IMG/VR virus record: IMGVR_UViG_3300029822_000019
Span: 1 to 45,969 of that record
Length of the DNA stretch: 45,969 bases
Reading direction: 5' to 3' (one strand)
Source of the DNA: a virus
Lineage: Duplodnaviria > Caudoviricetes
In this document: positions 24,393-34,443 of the stretch, piece after piece
Numbering within the stretch: the first letter of the stretch is position 1
Layout: every line of letters starts with the position of its first letter
Position numbers and translations under genes: made by a program
Notes under the pieces: model-generated
What the model was told of the DNA's origin: nothing
What the model saw: the letters and a program-made list of their open reading frames with translations, nothing else
The model's database searches: none

Positions 24393-24527
24393 TCAAATAG
24401 TTCTCGACCTGCGTCGATATTCTTCTTCGTAAATCTGCTCAATCTCGTTCATAATTTTTGCTACATAGATTAATCGTGACACAAAAAATACTACGCATGC
24501 CGCTGATATTATTACTAATGCAATCAT
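24393..24527 (-). CDS. Small membrane peptide (44 aa, not in ORF track)
   Basis: Hand translation MIALVIISAACVVFFVSRLIYVAKIMNEIEQIYEEEYRRRSRTI; ATGA overlap with the upstream gene. Confidence 0.5.
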   Translation of the reverse strand: MIALVIISAACVVFFVSRLIYVAKIMNEIEQIYEEEYRRRSRTI

Positions 24528-27394
24528 TTAAATTCAATTATAAATTCACCTAAATAGAACCTAGTTCGTGACTTGTCGAAACCTGTAATTACCGTTTTGC
24601 TCCCCCCGCCAGTACATACATACTCCCATGTTTCACCTTCATCTCTCGAAATGTATGTAACTCCGTAATAATCTGAACACAATAACACGCTTCCAATTCG
24701 TCGCAGTTGATACAAAGCGTTCACAGCAGGGAGCATCAACTTCGATTTGTTTCTATCGTCAATGTCTGATATTTTGAATTTCCAAATACCAAATGAGTTA
24801 GACACGAAGTCTCTGCCCCTAATTTGGGCAAGCGTGGTATAGATGGCTGGTTCGTCAGAAGCCCATAATACATCGTTGTTGCTCGTAAGGTACAAACCGA
24901 GCGTTCTTTGTAATCCATTCTCCGATGAATTAAGCCTGAATACACTATCCCGCCACAAATCTTTATTCATGTTGTTATAATCGGCAGGGGTTCTTCCTGT
25001 GTAAGGTTGAATATATACTAACCATGACTGCGGATAAAGCTCTCCCGTTCCCAGCACTATTCCGTTCCCGAATTCTGTGCAGACATGAATATGACGACAA
25101 AATATATTATTGTCCGGGTTACCAATCACGTCGTAAAGTGTTAAATTATTACCTGACTTAGAACGCACCTTAAACATAACCCCATTCCCGCCAGTTTTTG
25201 AATCTGCGGTATTATTAACATAGCGATTCCAATCCGTATTACCTGAATCACCTGTGATCACGACGGTGTCTCCGATATTAATTTCTGTCGCATCAGCCAC
25301 GGTTGCAACAGCACCGTTTGCTTTACTGAATGCCGTGATTGCCACTGCGTCCCCATAACTGAAAATATCAACTGGCTCTTTGTCAGCTTCCGATGGGATA
25401 ATATTATACCGCACCTTCAAACCTAACCCACCTGTATAATTGCCGATTATGTTAGATGTATCAAGAGGTGAGCCATAGCATATATCAGTGTGATACAATA
25501 CATTTGTGCTGCCCCCCTTTATGTAGCCGGATGAAATTCCAAATTCGTATTGAACATATACATTCTCACCGTCCTCGGTGTAGTACAAGCGCGCCGGACT
25601 TCCCGTGTCACCTAAACAATCTCCGTAAGCTGCGAACAGCAATCCTAAACCGAGTTGACCTCCAAGCCCTTCAACCCGGACAAGCCCGTTCAGCCAAGTG
25701 TAGAATGCAGAACGCTCTGAGAGATTGAGAGGCTCACGAACCCGCCACCTGGTTCCTGAAGGGTCTTTATCGTTGTCATCAGCCAGATAGTGCGTTTTTT
25801 TACCATACAGCCCCCAGATGTTGGATTGTTTCCAATTAGTAAATGTTGAATCGGTAGAGTAATAAACTTGATTTTTATTATTAAAGAACATAGCCCTCAA
25901 ACCATTACTTGTATTGAATATTACAAATCGCATCCTGACGAAATCCGCAATAAGTCCTGGAAAATTATCTTCTGAAAATTCAATGAATTTAGCCCGTTTA
26001 AAATCAAACCCTGATTGTGAATAATAAAAACCTGGGTATGGTGTTGAGTAGTGATAAAATATGCAATGATTCTCAAACATTGCTGCAATTCGGTAATCTG
26101 ACATTACCCCGTTTCCTATAATTGAAGCACGATACAAGTCATTGTCGCGAACAACTTCACCGATCGGTTCTTTGAGATAATCGTCGTACTTTATGATTAA
26201 GTATCTATCTTTTGAATAATCCCAAAGTGTAGTATGCTTGACCATTATTGCAACATACTTGCAATTTTCGGGTGTTTCGAAATAATTCTCCGAAACCTCG
26301 CCAATCTTACGCTCTGCATAATCATACAGCCACAATCGACTTGTAGAGGAGTTGGTGCTTCTACGCCCCTTGACATACGCCGTCGAGGGCTCAACAGGAA
26401 TTAAACCACTAAATATACTACCCTCCGAATTTTCAAAACTGACTCCATTGTAAGTTAATTTATTATAAATAAATTTTCCTCTGTCAATATTCATGTTAAT
26501 GGCTCGCAAAAGCTTGTCTGTATTATCTTTTATGCCTATAAACGCATCCTCCGTGTCCTTAAGTTCAATTTCTTTAAGAAAAAAGGAGTCTACAACATCT
26601 AATGTATTATTACGCAAAGTTGTCGCAATATAATGACAATTCCCAGGTGTCTTGAAAACTTTTTCAGCATTAGATGTTCCCTCAATTGTCACATTGCTAC
26701 CTATAAATTGTTCATCCTTGTCAAAATATAGTATCCTGTTATAACTATCATTTCCCGCAGCATCATTTCCCCGCTGATATACTCGTCCTGGCGAAACAGG
26801 AATAAGAGGGGTTGATACTGACAATGACGCATAAGCGTACATGCCTGTAAGTGGCTCTATTCGTACTCCACTCATGAATTTTATGCCCAACCTCTTAATT
26901 ATATCGCTTTTATATACCGTGTTTATTTCCCTATTTTCAATGTTGACATTTACACGACCACCTATGTTTGGTAAGCGTGGGGTCGGGTCGAATGACTCAT
27001 AAGCGGTGCTAGATTCACCGTATTCCAATTGCAAGACGTCGGAATACGCATTGCTGAATGTAATTCTGAACGAGTTGCAGTCAGGAATCTCAATCACACC
27101 TATGGCCGGATTGTTAATTGCTTTATCGGGAATATATACACCATCCTTGTAGAATAAAATCCGCGAAAGATCCTTGTTGGTATATATCTTCGAGAACGGG
27201 ATTACAGGAATCTTATAAGTTGTTGAATAGCCGGATGCCGAATATTCAACTCCTGTGGCAATATTCAACGCTGTGTCAACAATAACATTTTTTTTATTAA
27301 ACAGGTTTTTTCCGTGATGGAAGACAACAGGCTGGAATCCATTGTTGATGCCTTTGTCTATTCTGTTAAGAGCTCCTTGATTGATAGTTGACAT
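24524..27394 (-). CDS. Putative receptor-binding protein / tailspike with repeated N-terminal modules and Asp-box region
   Basis: Three IPVxP...R..(F/Y).....P..C repeats; Asp-box YISRDEGETW; last gene of the tail module. Confidence 0.7.
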   Translation of the reverse strand: MSTINQGALNRIDKGINNGFQPVVFHHGKNLFNKKNVIVDTALNIATGVEYSASGYSTTYKIPVIPFSKIYTNKDLSRILFYKDGVYIPDKAINNPAIGVIEIPDCNSFRITFSNAYSDVLQLEYGESSTAYESFDPTPRLPNIGGRVNVNIENREINTVYKSDIIKRLGIKFMSGVRIEPLTGMYAYASLSVSTPLIPVSPGRVYQRGNDAAGNDSYNRILYFDKDEQFIGSNVTIEGTSNAEKVFKTPGNCHYIATTLRNNTLDVVDSFFLKEIELKDTEDAFIGIKDNTDKLLRAINMNIDRGKFIYNKLTYNGVSFENSEGSIFSGLIPVEPSTAYVKGRRSTNSSTSRLWLYDYAERKIGEVSENYFETPENCKYVAIMVKHTTLWDYSKDRYLIIKYDDYLKEPIGEVVRDNDLYRASIIGNGVMSDYRIAAMFENHCIFYHYSTPYPGFYYSQSGFDFKRAKFIEFSEDNFPGLIADFVRMRFVIFNTSNGLRAMFFNNKNQVYYSTDSTFTNWKQSNIWGLYGKKTHYLADDNDKDPSGTRWRVREPLNLSERSAFYTWLNGLVRVEGLGGQLGLGLLFAAYGDCLGDTGSPARLYYTEDGENVYVQYEFGISSGYIKGGSTNVLYHTDICYGSPLDTSNIIGNYTGGLGLKVRYNIIPSEADKEPVDIFSYGDAVAITAFSKANGAVATVADATEINIGDTVVITGDSGNTDWNRYVNNTADSKTGGNGVMFKVRSKSGNNLTLYDVIGNPDNNIFCRHIHVCTEFGNGIVLGTGELYPQSWLVYIQPYTGRTPADYNNMNKDLWRDSVFRLNSSENGLQRTLGLYLTSNNDVLWASDEPAIYTTLAQIRGRDFVSNSFGIWKFKISDIDDRNKSKLMLPAVNALYQLRRIGSVLLCSDYYGVTYISRDEGETWEYVCTGGGSKTVITGFDKSRTRFYLGEFIIEFK

Positions 27395-27398
27395 AATA

Positions 27399-28043
27399 TT
27401 ATTCGTTAAATGTTATTGTTTGTGATTTAAAATCTCCAGTGCTGTTATTGTAAAAAACAGATAGCAACACGTATCCCGATGACCTGTTATACCTCATCGA
27501 TGTCACGCCATACGGACCTATCTCTACATTAGAAATAGAGCCGACATCTCCATCAGGCCACGTGATAACTCCCCCGGTCACGTTGCCAGCCCCGTCAAAT
27601 ATTGGGTCAGTTATTGAGAATGCCTCTGCCCCCGCCCATCCCAAAATATTTTCACCCGCTAATTGAACCACTTCGTCGTCGACTTGTTTCAAGGTTTTAG
27701 GGTTTGTTCCGTATCCGTGATCAGCCTTGGCGTCCATTTCTGTCTTTAGAAACTTTGTTCCGGTCCAAGATCCTGATATATTACTCAGTACAGCGAAGCC
27801 CCCATCCAATACGAATCCCCCGAAGTTAGCGTAAGTTCCTTGAGTGGATGCTATGTAAAACACAGGTCCATCAGGAGATCCTGGAGCGGTAGAAGGAATA
27901 GCCACACCTTTATAAGAGGCGTTTGCTCCAACCTGATCTATTATGGAATTAAGAGTAGACTGAAGCAAACCCCCCGTGATTTCTTGGTTTCCATTAGTCT
28001 TAATTACTGCAGCAACCGCCGCTTTTAAATCTGTCCAGGCCAT
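27399..28043 (-). CDS. Tail fibre adaptor / minor tail protein
   Basis: IKTNGNQEITG...GVA.PST.PG.PDG.VFYIA...GTY.NFGG, a motif I recognise from Bacteroidota phage fibre N-termini. Confidence 0.65.
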   Translation of the reverse strand: MAWTDLKAAVAAVIKTNGNQEITGGLLQSTLNSIIDQVGANASYKGVAIPSTAPGSPDGPVFYIASTQGTYANFGGFVLDGGFAVLSNISGSWTGTKFLKTEMDAKADHGYGTNPKTLKQVDDEVVQLAGENILGWAGAEAFSITDPIFDGAGNVTGGVITWPDGDVGSISNVEIGPYGVTSMRYNRSSGYVLLSVFYNNSTGDFKSQTITFNE

Positions 28044-28048
28044 GTCCT

Positions 28049-28903
28049 TTATATATTAAAATCGTCATTAAAATCACCATTGAAGTCTCCTTGATCACTC
28101 GGAACGAAGGTCCTTCCTATTTTCTTGATCACTGTATTACATTGAAATTCTATTTCTACAGCTGCGAGATAGCCTCCGTCTTGCCATTTAGGAGTCATGA
28201 GGAACTGATCAATGTCATAGACCATCCCCCTGCTTACAATTTCCACAGTGTCCATCATCCGGATGATACGCATAGCATCCAGGAGATACTCAGGAGCCAG
28301 GAAATTAAACTTATATGTCTTTTCACTTATTTGCTTTTCAACGAATTGAAACCCGTCCCTTTTCTCTACCTGTTCTTCGAATTCATAGTCAGGCCTTCCT
28401 ATTTGAGTAGGAAGGTAAACATGGAAGGCGAAACCATTCGAGAAGTCGATCCGGCCATTATCATACACCAGATCCTCCGAGTCCCTGTAGGATAACCTCA
28501 GGCAATTGTCTAAGGTCCTTGCCACTGTGAAAATTTCACTGTACCATGTTTCTATACCATCCGTGATTTGAAGGTAGTAGCGGCCTTCTGGTGTCTCTGT
28601 GGTTAAGAGTAAAAGGCCAGGGTAAACGATTATGTCATAACCGTACGAAGCATAAGACCGAACAGCCATTCCATTCGAAACCAACTGAGAAGTGATGTTT
28701 GCAACAGTGGTTCCCCTCATGGTCTTCAGTAGAACCGAAGTCACTGCATTTGCTCTGTGCTCCCTCAGGATTTGAAAAGGAAGTATTTTTCTGTCCGGTG
28801 TGAACAACGGGAAGACTTCACCGAAGGCATAATCTTTCCGATGGTTTTGCCTGGATAGATCCGAATAAAAGGGCAATATGGATAAGTTGTTATTCGGTGT
28901 CAT
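28049..28903 (-). CDS. Minor tail protein
   Basis: Position in tail module; C-terminal GDFNGDFNDDF repeat. Confidence 0.6.
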   Translation of the reverse strand: MTPNNNLSILPFYSDLSRQNHRKDYAFGEVFPLFTPDRKILPFQILREHRANAVTSVLLKTMRGTTVANITSQLVSNGMAVRSYASYGYDIIVYPGLLLLTTETPEGRYYLQITDGIETWYSEIFTVARTLDNCLRLSYRDSEDLVYDNGRIDFSNGFAFHVYLPTQIGRPDYEFEEQVEKRDGFQFVEKQISEKTYKFNFLAPEYLLDAMRIIRMMDTVEIVSRGMVYDIDQFLMTPKWQDGGYLAAVEIEFQCNTVIKKIGRTFVPSDQGDFNGDFNDDFNI

Positions 28904-31061
28904 ACTTCAATTCTATGTCATTCATTCGACTCTGCAAATTTATAGATAATTTTTCAATCTGTCCGTCTCCCAGGTATGTTTTTATAAGCTGTAAAGGGTT
29001 CGGATCGTCTAAAGAAGGAAAGGACACTTTTTGTTTCTTCTTTCTCTCTACACCTTGTACCCAAGAGTAAGGATCTTCGTTGATGGTTACATCCGTTGAA
29101 GGAAGATCGTAAGTCCAGAAATTCGGGTGCAGGTATATGAAACTCATCAGACCATTTTGCAACCGTAGTTCAGCCCCATCAATAGTTCGTTCAATATACG
29201 GAAGCTCATATCTGTTATTTGCGGAACTCCACACGGCCCCAAATAATGCAAAACCGTCTTGACTTATAGCCCCAGAGTTTAGAAGCATGTAGTCAATGTC
29301 TGAAGTGAAAGCTGAGATGTTTACATTCTCGATTTTTCCTCTCTGGACATATTTAGAATTGATTTCTATCGGATAACCTGCAAAACCTTCAGTCACATCA
29401 TCCATCCATCCGAACTCATATCTCTCAGCCATATCAACTTTGTCATAACTATATTTGCTTGAAACAAATCCCCATGGTTTTTTGTTCTTTTGCTGTATCA
29501 ATGCAGTGAGATCAAATGAAGTGACTGGGGTTCCAGAATATGCTCCCCCGTTCTTGAACCATGTCACGTGTTCAATTTTGAACTTATTGTCTTCGATATA
29601 CCAATAGAGTTGCATCGTATCTCTAAGCATGGCAAGAATAGCCGACAGAGTGACAGGTGCTTTCTGAGCAGGCTGATCGTATTCACCGGCGAGTATGTTT
29701 GACTTCTGAGTGATCATGATTCTGAAAGCTCCATAAGTAATCGGGTTCGTGGTTCCGTACAGAAATTGGCTATAGTCAGAAGTTCCATCGTGAGTAATAG
29801 TCGGATCGATGATATTAAGCAAAACTCTGATTGCCTCAGAGATCATCATGCTATCTTTCATCATATATGACTTTCGGCCATCTTCTTCTATGATCCAGTC
29901 AAATGCCTCAAAAGCAAACCAGATTGAACTGTAGCCCCAGGTGCTTCTGGCAATCGGATAGAACTTAGCCCCCCAAAGTGTATAAGGCATTTCATAGTAC
30001 ATCCCATCATCGGCCCTTCCGTATTTAGTCGGGTTCGGACTTGCATAGTTATAAATAGTAGCACAGTCAATGGCGTACCCAATAACTCTTTTGTAGTTCC
30101 TATTGTTTTCAACTATATCATTTGAAGGGATGGCATAGGTGTTCAATCCTGAAATAGTTGTCACGTCCAGGAGGTAGCGCATATATACCTTAAGAGGATC
30201 AAAGGCATATACATCAACAGACCCGACCGCTCCAGAACCTGCTACAGCATCCAACGTACAATTATTTGGATCATTCACGACCGAACCGTGGAACATTTCA
30301 ACACTCGGAGACACTTGAAAAAGAGAGTACTCATACACTGTGTTCCCTGTTGGGTTCCCGTATCCATCCTCTTCAGGATACGAAGATTGAGTCAAATTAT
30401 AAATGTTGTTCCGACCATAGTTAGTAGATCCTGTCTCTCTCACATAATCTCCAATCAAAAAGTTCTGAGAACCCCCAACAGTTCCTCCCCCTGATACTGT
30501 GAACCTGTACAAGGTTGAAGCCAGCGCAAAGTAATAAGTATTGACGAGTGCGGCAGTGTCAGTGATTGGCTCGTAAACATCTTGTTCCCAGGAGTTCCCT
30601 CCAAGGAAACAACTCACTACAGAGTCTCCGGGAATATAGAGTTGAATGAGAGGTCTCTTATCGATGCTCAAAGGTGTTTTCGCCGGAGCCAGTTTCAAAA
30701 GGTCATATTCCTTTTCAAGACCTGCGAGGACTTCATTATATTGATCTCTTGTGTTCAGCTTGACCTCAATCTTTTTTGAATCAAGATCAATCTGACAATC
30801 GGACCTAAAAAATGAACCCATGTAGTAAGCATTCCAAGTCAATCCCCCATCATTACTTTTTTCCACCAGGACAATGTACTCGGTCTCGAAGGACTGTGCC
30901 ATGATCCAATCAAAATCAGCCTTCAGGAATTTCAAAGACCCCGACAACTCAGCTCTATAGAATCGTTGTTGCGGTTCCAGTGCGTAATCTTTGGCAAGAT
31001 CCTCCTTATATCCCGGACTCACTGAGTGACCATTGATTGAAAATCTGTACTTAATTAGCAT
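28890..31061 (-). CDS. Tail tip / baseplate protein
   Basis: 723 aa beta-rich protein immediately after the tape measure gene. Confidence 0.6.
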   Translation of the reverse strand: MLIKYRFSINGHSVSPGYKEDLAKDYALEPQQRFYRAELSGSLKFLKADFDWIMAQSFETEYIVLVEKSNDGGLTWNAYYMGSFFRSDCQIDLDSKKIEVKLNTRDQYNEVLAGLEKEYDLLKLAPAKTPLSIDKRPLIQLYIPGDSVVSCFLGGNSWEQDVYEPITDTAALVNTYYFALASTLYRFTVSGGGTVGGSQNFLIGDYVRETGSTNYGRNNIYNLTQSSYPEEDGYGNPTGNTVYEYSLFQVSPSVEMFHGSVVNDPNNCTLDAVAGSGAVGSVDVYAFDPLKVYMRYLLDVTTISGLNTYAIPSNDIVENNRNYKRVIGYAIDCATIYNYASPNPTKYGRADDGMYYEMPYTLWGAKFYPIARSTWGYSSIWFAFEAFDWIIEEDGRKSYMMKDSMMISEAIRVLLNIIDPTITHDGTSDYSQFLYGTTNPITYGAFRIMITQKSNILAGEYDQPAQKAPVTLSAILAMLRDTMQLYWYIEDNKFKIEHVTWFKNGGAYSGTPVTSFDLTALIQQKNKKPWGFVSSKYSYDKVDMAERYEFGWMDDVTEGFAGYPIEINSKYVQRGKIENVNISAFTSDIDYMLLNSGAISQDGFALFGAVWSSANNRYELPYIERTIDGAELRLQNGLMSFIYLHPNFWTYDLPSTDVTINEDPYSWVQGVERKKKQKVSFPSLDDPNPLQLIKTYLGDGQIEKLSINLQSRMNDIELKYDTE

Positions 31062-34000
31062 TGTATATTCGTCTTAAATTTTTATATGTCTCTATGATGT
31101 TTCCCTTCCCATCAGTGAAATATCGGCGCTCACCCTGTTCCTTGATCTCCCGAACATCACCTTCCAAAGTCCTGAGGTCCGCCTGAGTGTTGAACATACT
31201 CATGCTCATGCCCCCTGTATCGTAAGCCCCAAGATATTTCTGTTCGAAAGTTCCTTTGTTCAGGGAGTCGATTATTCCAGGAAGTAGCTTTCTATATTTA
31301 CGAGTCTGGGACTTCCGGATGATTGCCAAAGCTTCACCCCCTTCGGCCCTTCTGTCTTTTCCATCCCTTGTATATCCGATCGGGATGTCATTACCTGAAG
31401 CATGTGAACCTCCTTGGAGAAATTCCAAGCCCCCTTCACCATATTCTTTTTTAGTAAGCTGAGAGGCTTTGATCTTGGCAGCGGCGAATGATCCCCACAT
31501 TAGAGCGGTTCCTGCGATTGCCAGTGCTACGCCCCATGGACCGGTTCCGGCGAATGATTTCCAGATCCCTGCAGTGGCTGTAACAAGTGAGGAGACCTGT
31601 TGTAAGGTATCAATAGCCTTCTGAGCCTTTTGAGCTTTCTCCTGTTCCTTCAATGCTTTCTCCTGGTTCTTCTTGGCGAGTTCCAATTCCTTCTGAGCCA
31701 TCGCCACATTGGATGCGTACCCCTGATTTCTTGCTTCGATCTCTGCGTCCAGTTTCTTCTGTGAAGCATCAACCTCTACATTGGCAGCATCTACAGCCGC
31801 CTGAGCAGCATCCACTTTTGCCTGAAGGAAATTTTGAACTTGATCAATTGCGAAAGCCGTACTCTCTTCGATCGCTGCTTTCTGATCATCATCAAGGTTC
31901 AGACCCACCATCGAATAAATATCAAAATTATCTTTCCTGGATTTTTCCATCTCCTGGTCAATCGCCTGAATCGTGTTCTTGAGGGATTGGATCTGGATTG
32001 CAGAAAGCTGAGATTCCCCTCTTGTGTTTAGTTCAAGAATTTTTTTCAACCGATCTTTTTCGGCTTCCATCCGAAGCCTTGTCTTTTCAGCTTCGGTTGT
32101 CTTCAGGATGTCAATCTCTGTCATACGAAGATCAAATTCATCCTCAATGTGATTTACCTTAGAGTCATATCTTTTTTTAGACTCGGCCTTCTCTGTTTCG
32201 ATAACTTTGAGACGGTCTGACTCTTCTTTATCCCTGTATTTTTTATTTATGGATTCGATCTGTTTGTTCTTCCACTCCTCAAGTTTTACAAGGTCTAACC
32301 CGTAAGATATAAACATCTTCTTTTTCTCCTGGTAGTTCCGTTCAAGACCATCTAATTCTTTTTGGTGCCCCTCCTCTTGTATTTCATAGAGAAGATCACT
32401 CTTCCTTTTTTCTATATCTACTTGTTCCTTAGCTGCTTTATCTGCGGCATTGGCCCCCTCTTCATAAGCGTCCTCGATCTCTTCTCCGATTATTCTCACC
32501 GCTCCAGATTGCCTTTCAAGCTCTTTAACTACCTCCCCGGACTTCATCATGTATTTATCCATGTTCTTCCCGGTATAAGCATTTGCAATATTCACACCTA
32601 CATCTTTAGCCCGTTGTCCAACTTCTACAAATCCATTTACAAAACTATTTTTTATTTTATCCCACCCAACACGAGCCCCTTCCAGATCTCCTGTAAATAT
32701 TGATTTGATAATTTTCCCCACCCCAAGGAGAGAATCCACGAAGGACTTTATAATTGTGGCTATGTTCCCGAAGGTTACTTTAAAAACGGATTCAATTGCT
32801 ACGATCGATAAACGGAATATCCGGCTTTGTTCGATCATATCATTCCAGTTTTTAATGTACCACTGTTTGAAGTTTGCCATAGCATTCAGAATCTTTGTCA
32901 AGATCTGAACAAAGAATCTACCTATTTTAGTCAGAACCCCTCCCCCATCCTCTACGGATAAGAAAAGACCTTCCCATGCACTTTTGAGAGCTGTAACATC
33001 ACCCTGGAGGTTATCTTTCATTGTATCTGCCGTCCTGTTTACAGCCCCCTCTGCGTCCTCCAAGGATTCTGTCAAGGCATCGATTTTGGTAAGATTATCC
33101 GCAATAACAAGTCCGGCTACTGCCCCCCTTTTCCCAAATAGTTCCAGAGAAACCCCGGCCTTATCTTGGGAGGAATTTATCTTTTGCATGGCTTGTTCAA
33201 AAGTCAATCCCTGTTTTGAAAGTTCAAGAAATATATTTCTTAGTGAAGTCCCGGCAGTGGATGCGTCAAGACCTGCATCTGAAAGAACTCCCAACATTGC
33301 CGTAGATCTCTCCAGAGATACATCGTAGGTTTTAGCTACAGGAGCAATCTGGGCCATGGCTGTTTCAAATTTTCCGAGATCGAGAGCAGATTTATTGAAA
33401 CTCATAGCCATTACGTCTGCAACTCTTTGAGTCTCTGATGCGTCCAATCCAAAACCCCGGATTGTACTTGCTGCAACCGTTGCACTTCGTGCAAGGTCCT
33501 CCTTTGTAGCTTCAGACAGAGCTATGATTGCGTCTGTGGCATCCAGGATCTCAGTAGTGGTGAATCCTAATTTTGCAAGTTCTGTTTGTAATTCCCCGAC
33601 CTCAACAGCTGTCTTTGTCGTGGTCCTCCCCAGATCTTTGGCGCTCTTACTTAAGTGGTACATCTCTGTTGCAGAAGCCCCTGTGATAGCTTGTACCTTA
33701 TCCATCTGTGCCTCAAAACCTGATGCGGTTGATATTAATTTTTTTATAGCTACCCCTGCAGTGACAAAAGCGGCCAAAATAATCCCTACAGGTGTGGCGA
33801 TAAAAGCTTTTGCAGCCATGGTCATAGTTCTGAACCCTGTTACCACACGCCCCATAGGCCCTGGCATCATAGTGAATTGTTGACTCATTCCATAGAGACC
33901 TCTTTCATATTGACCCACCTGAAGTTGACTTTTCCCCGTTGCTTTCTGCAATCGATTCATTTCCTCGTAGATTGCTTTAGTCGATTTTTCCAGTTGCTGC

Positions 34001-34443
34001 CCTGTAGTAGTCCCCTGTCTCTGTGCTTGACTCATTTGATTCAATCGAATCTTGTTCAATGAGTATTGAGCGGAAAGTCTATTGTATGATCCTTCCGCAG
34101 CAGAGTTGAGTTTAGCAGTCAGTTTATTTATATTGTTCTGTTCCTGTTGCTGGATCTTCAGATTTGCCAATTGCTTGGCCGTCTCTGATTGGGATTGTTT
34201 TAAAGCGTCATAACTTTTAGACAAACGTTCCGCTTCAGTAGCGCCTCGCTTAGTTGTCTCTTGACCCTCTGATGAGGTATTGTTCACCTTTTTCATTGCT
34301 GACTCCAATTCCTTGGCGGCATTTACAATATCGTCCCGCATCTTTGAATAAGTAGACTGGACTTGTTCAAGCTGTTTGATCAGGCCCGAGATACTTTCAT
34401 CAGGTTGGATGAAGTCACTATATTTAATGGGATTGTCTGCCAT
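31051..34443 (-). CDS. Tape measure protein (TP901-like core)
   Basis: 1130 aa helical; FEAQMDKVQAITGA...A..LG.TT..TA.EV...LAKLGF, AGTSLRN. Confidence 0.92.
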   Translation of the reverse strand: MADNPIKYSDFIQPDESISGLIKQLEQVQSTYSKMRDDIVNAAKELESAMKKVNNTSSEGQETTKRGATEAERLSKSYDALKQSQSETAKQLANLKIQQQEQNNINKLTAKLNSAAEGSYNRLSAQYSLNKIRLNQMSQAQRQGTTTGQQLEKSTKAIYEEMNRLQKATGKSQLQVGQYERGLYGMSQQFTMMPGPMGRVVTGFRTMTMAAKAFIATPVGIILAAFVTAGVAIKKLISTASGFEAQMDKVQAITGASATEMYHLSKSAKDLGRTTTKTAVEVGELQTELAKLGFTTTEILDATDAIIALSEATKEDLARSATVAASTIRGFGLDASETQRVADVMAMSFNKSALDLGKFETAMAQIAPVAKTYDVSLERSTAMLGVLSDAGLDASTAGTSLRNIFLELSKQGLTFEQAMQKINSSQDKAGVSLELFGKRGAVAGLVIADNLTKIDALTESLEDAEGAVNRTADTMKDNLQGDVTALKSAWEGLFLSVEDGGGVLTKIGRFFVQILTKILNAMANFKQWYIKNWNDMIEQSRIFRLSIVAIESVFKVTFGNIATIIKSFVDSLLGVGKIIKSIFTGDLEGARVGWDKIKNSFVNGFVEVGQRAKDVGVNIANAYTGKNMDKYMMKSGEVVKELERQSGAVRIIGEEIEDAYEEGANAADKAAKEQVDIEKRKSDLLYEIQEEGHQKELDGLERNYQEKKKMFISYGLDLVKLEEWKNKQIESINKKYRDKEESDRLKVIETEKAESKKRYDSKVNHIEDEFDLRMTEIDILKTTEAEKTRLRMEAEKDRLKKILELNTRGESQLSAIQIQSLKNTIQAIDQEMEKSRKDNFDIYSMVGLNLDDDQKAAIEESTAFAIDQVQNFLQAKVDAAQAAVDAANVEVDASQKKLDAEIEARNQGYASNVAMAQKELELAKKNQEKALKEQEKAQKAQKAIDTLQQVSSLVTATAGIWKSFAGTGPWGVALAIAGTALMWGSFAAAKIKASQLTKKEYGEGGLEFLQGGSHASGNDIPIGYTRDGKDRRAEGGEALAIIRKSQTRKYRKLLPGIIDSLNKGTFEQKYLGAYDTGGMSMSMFNTQADLRTLEGDVREIKEQGERRYFTDGKGNIIETYKNLRRIYNAN

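Noticed and set aside
24524-28043. Diversity-generating retroelement or invertible tail-fibre cassette
   Set aside because: No reverse transcriptase or recombinase, and I saw no template/variable repeat pair or flanking inverted repeats.
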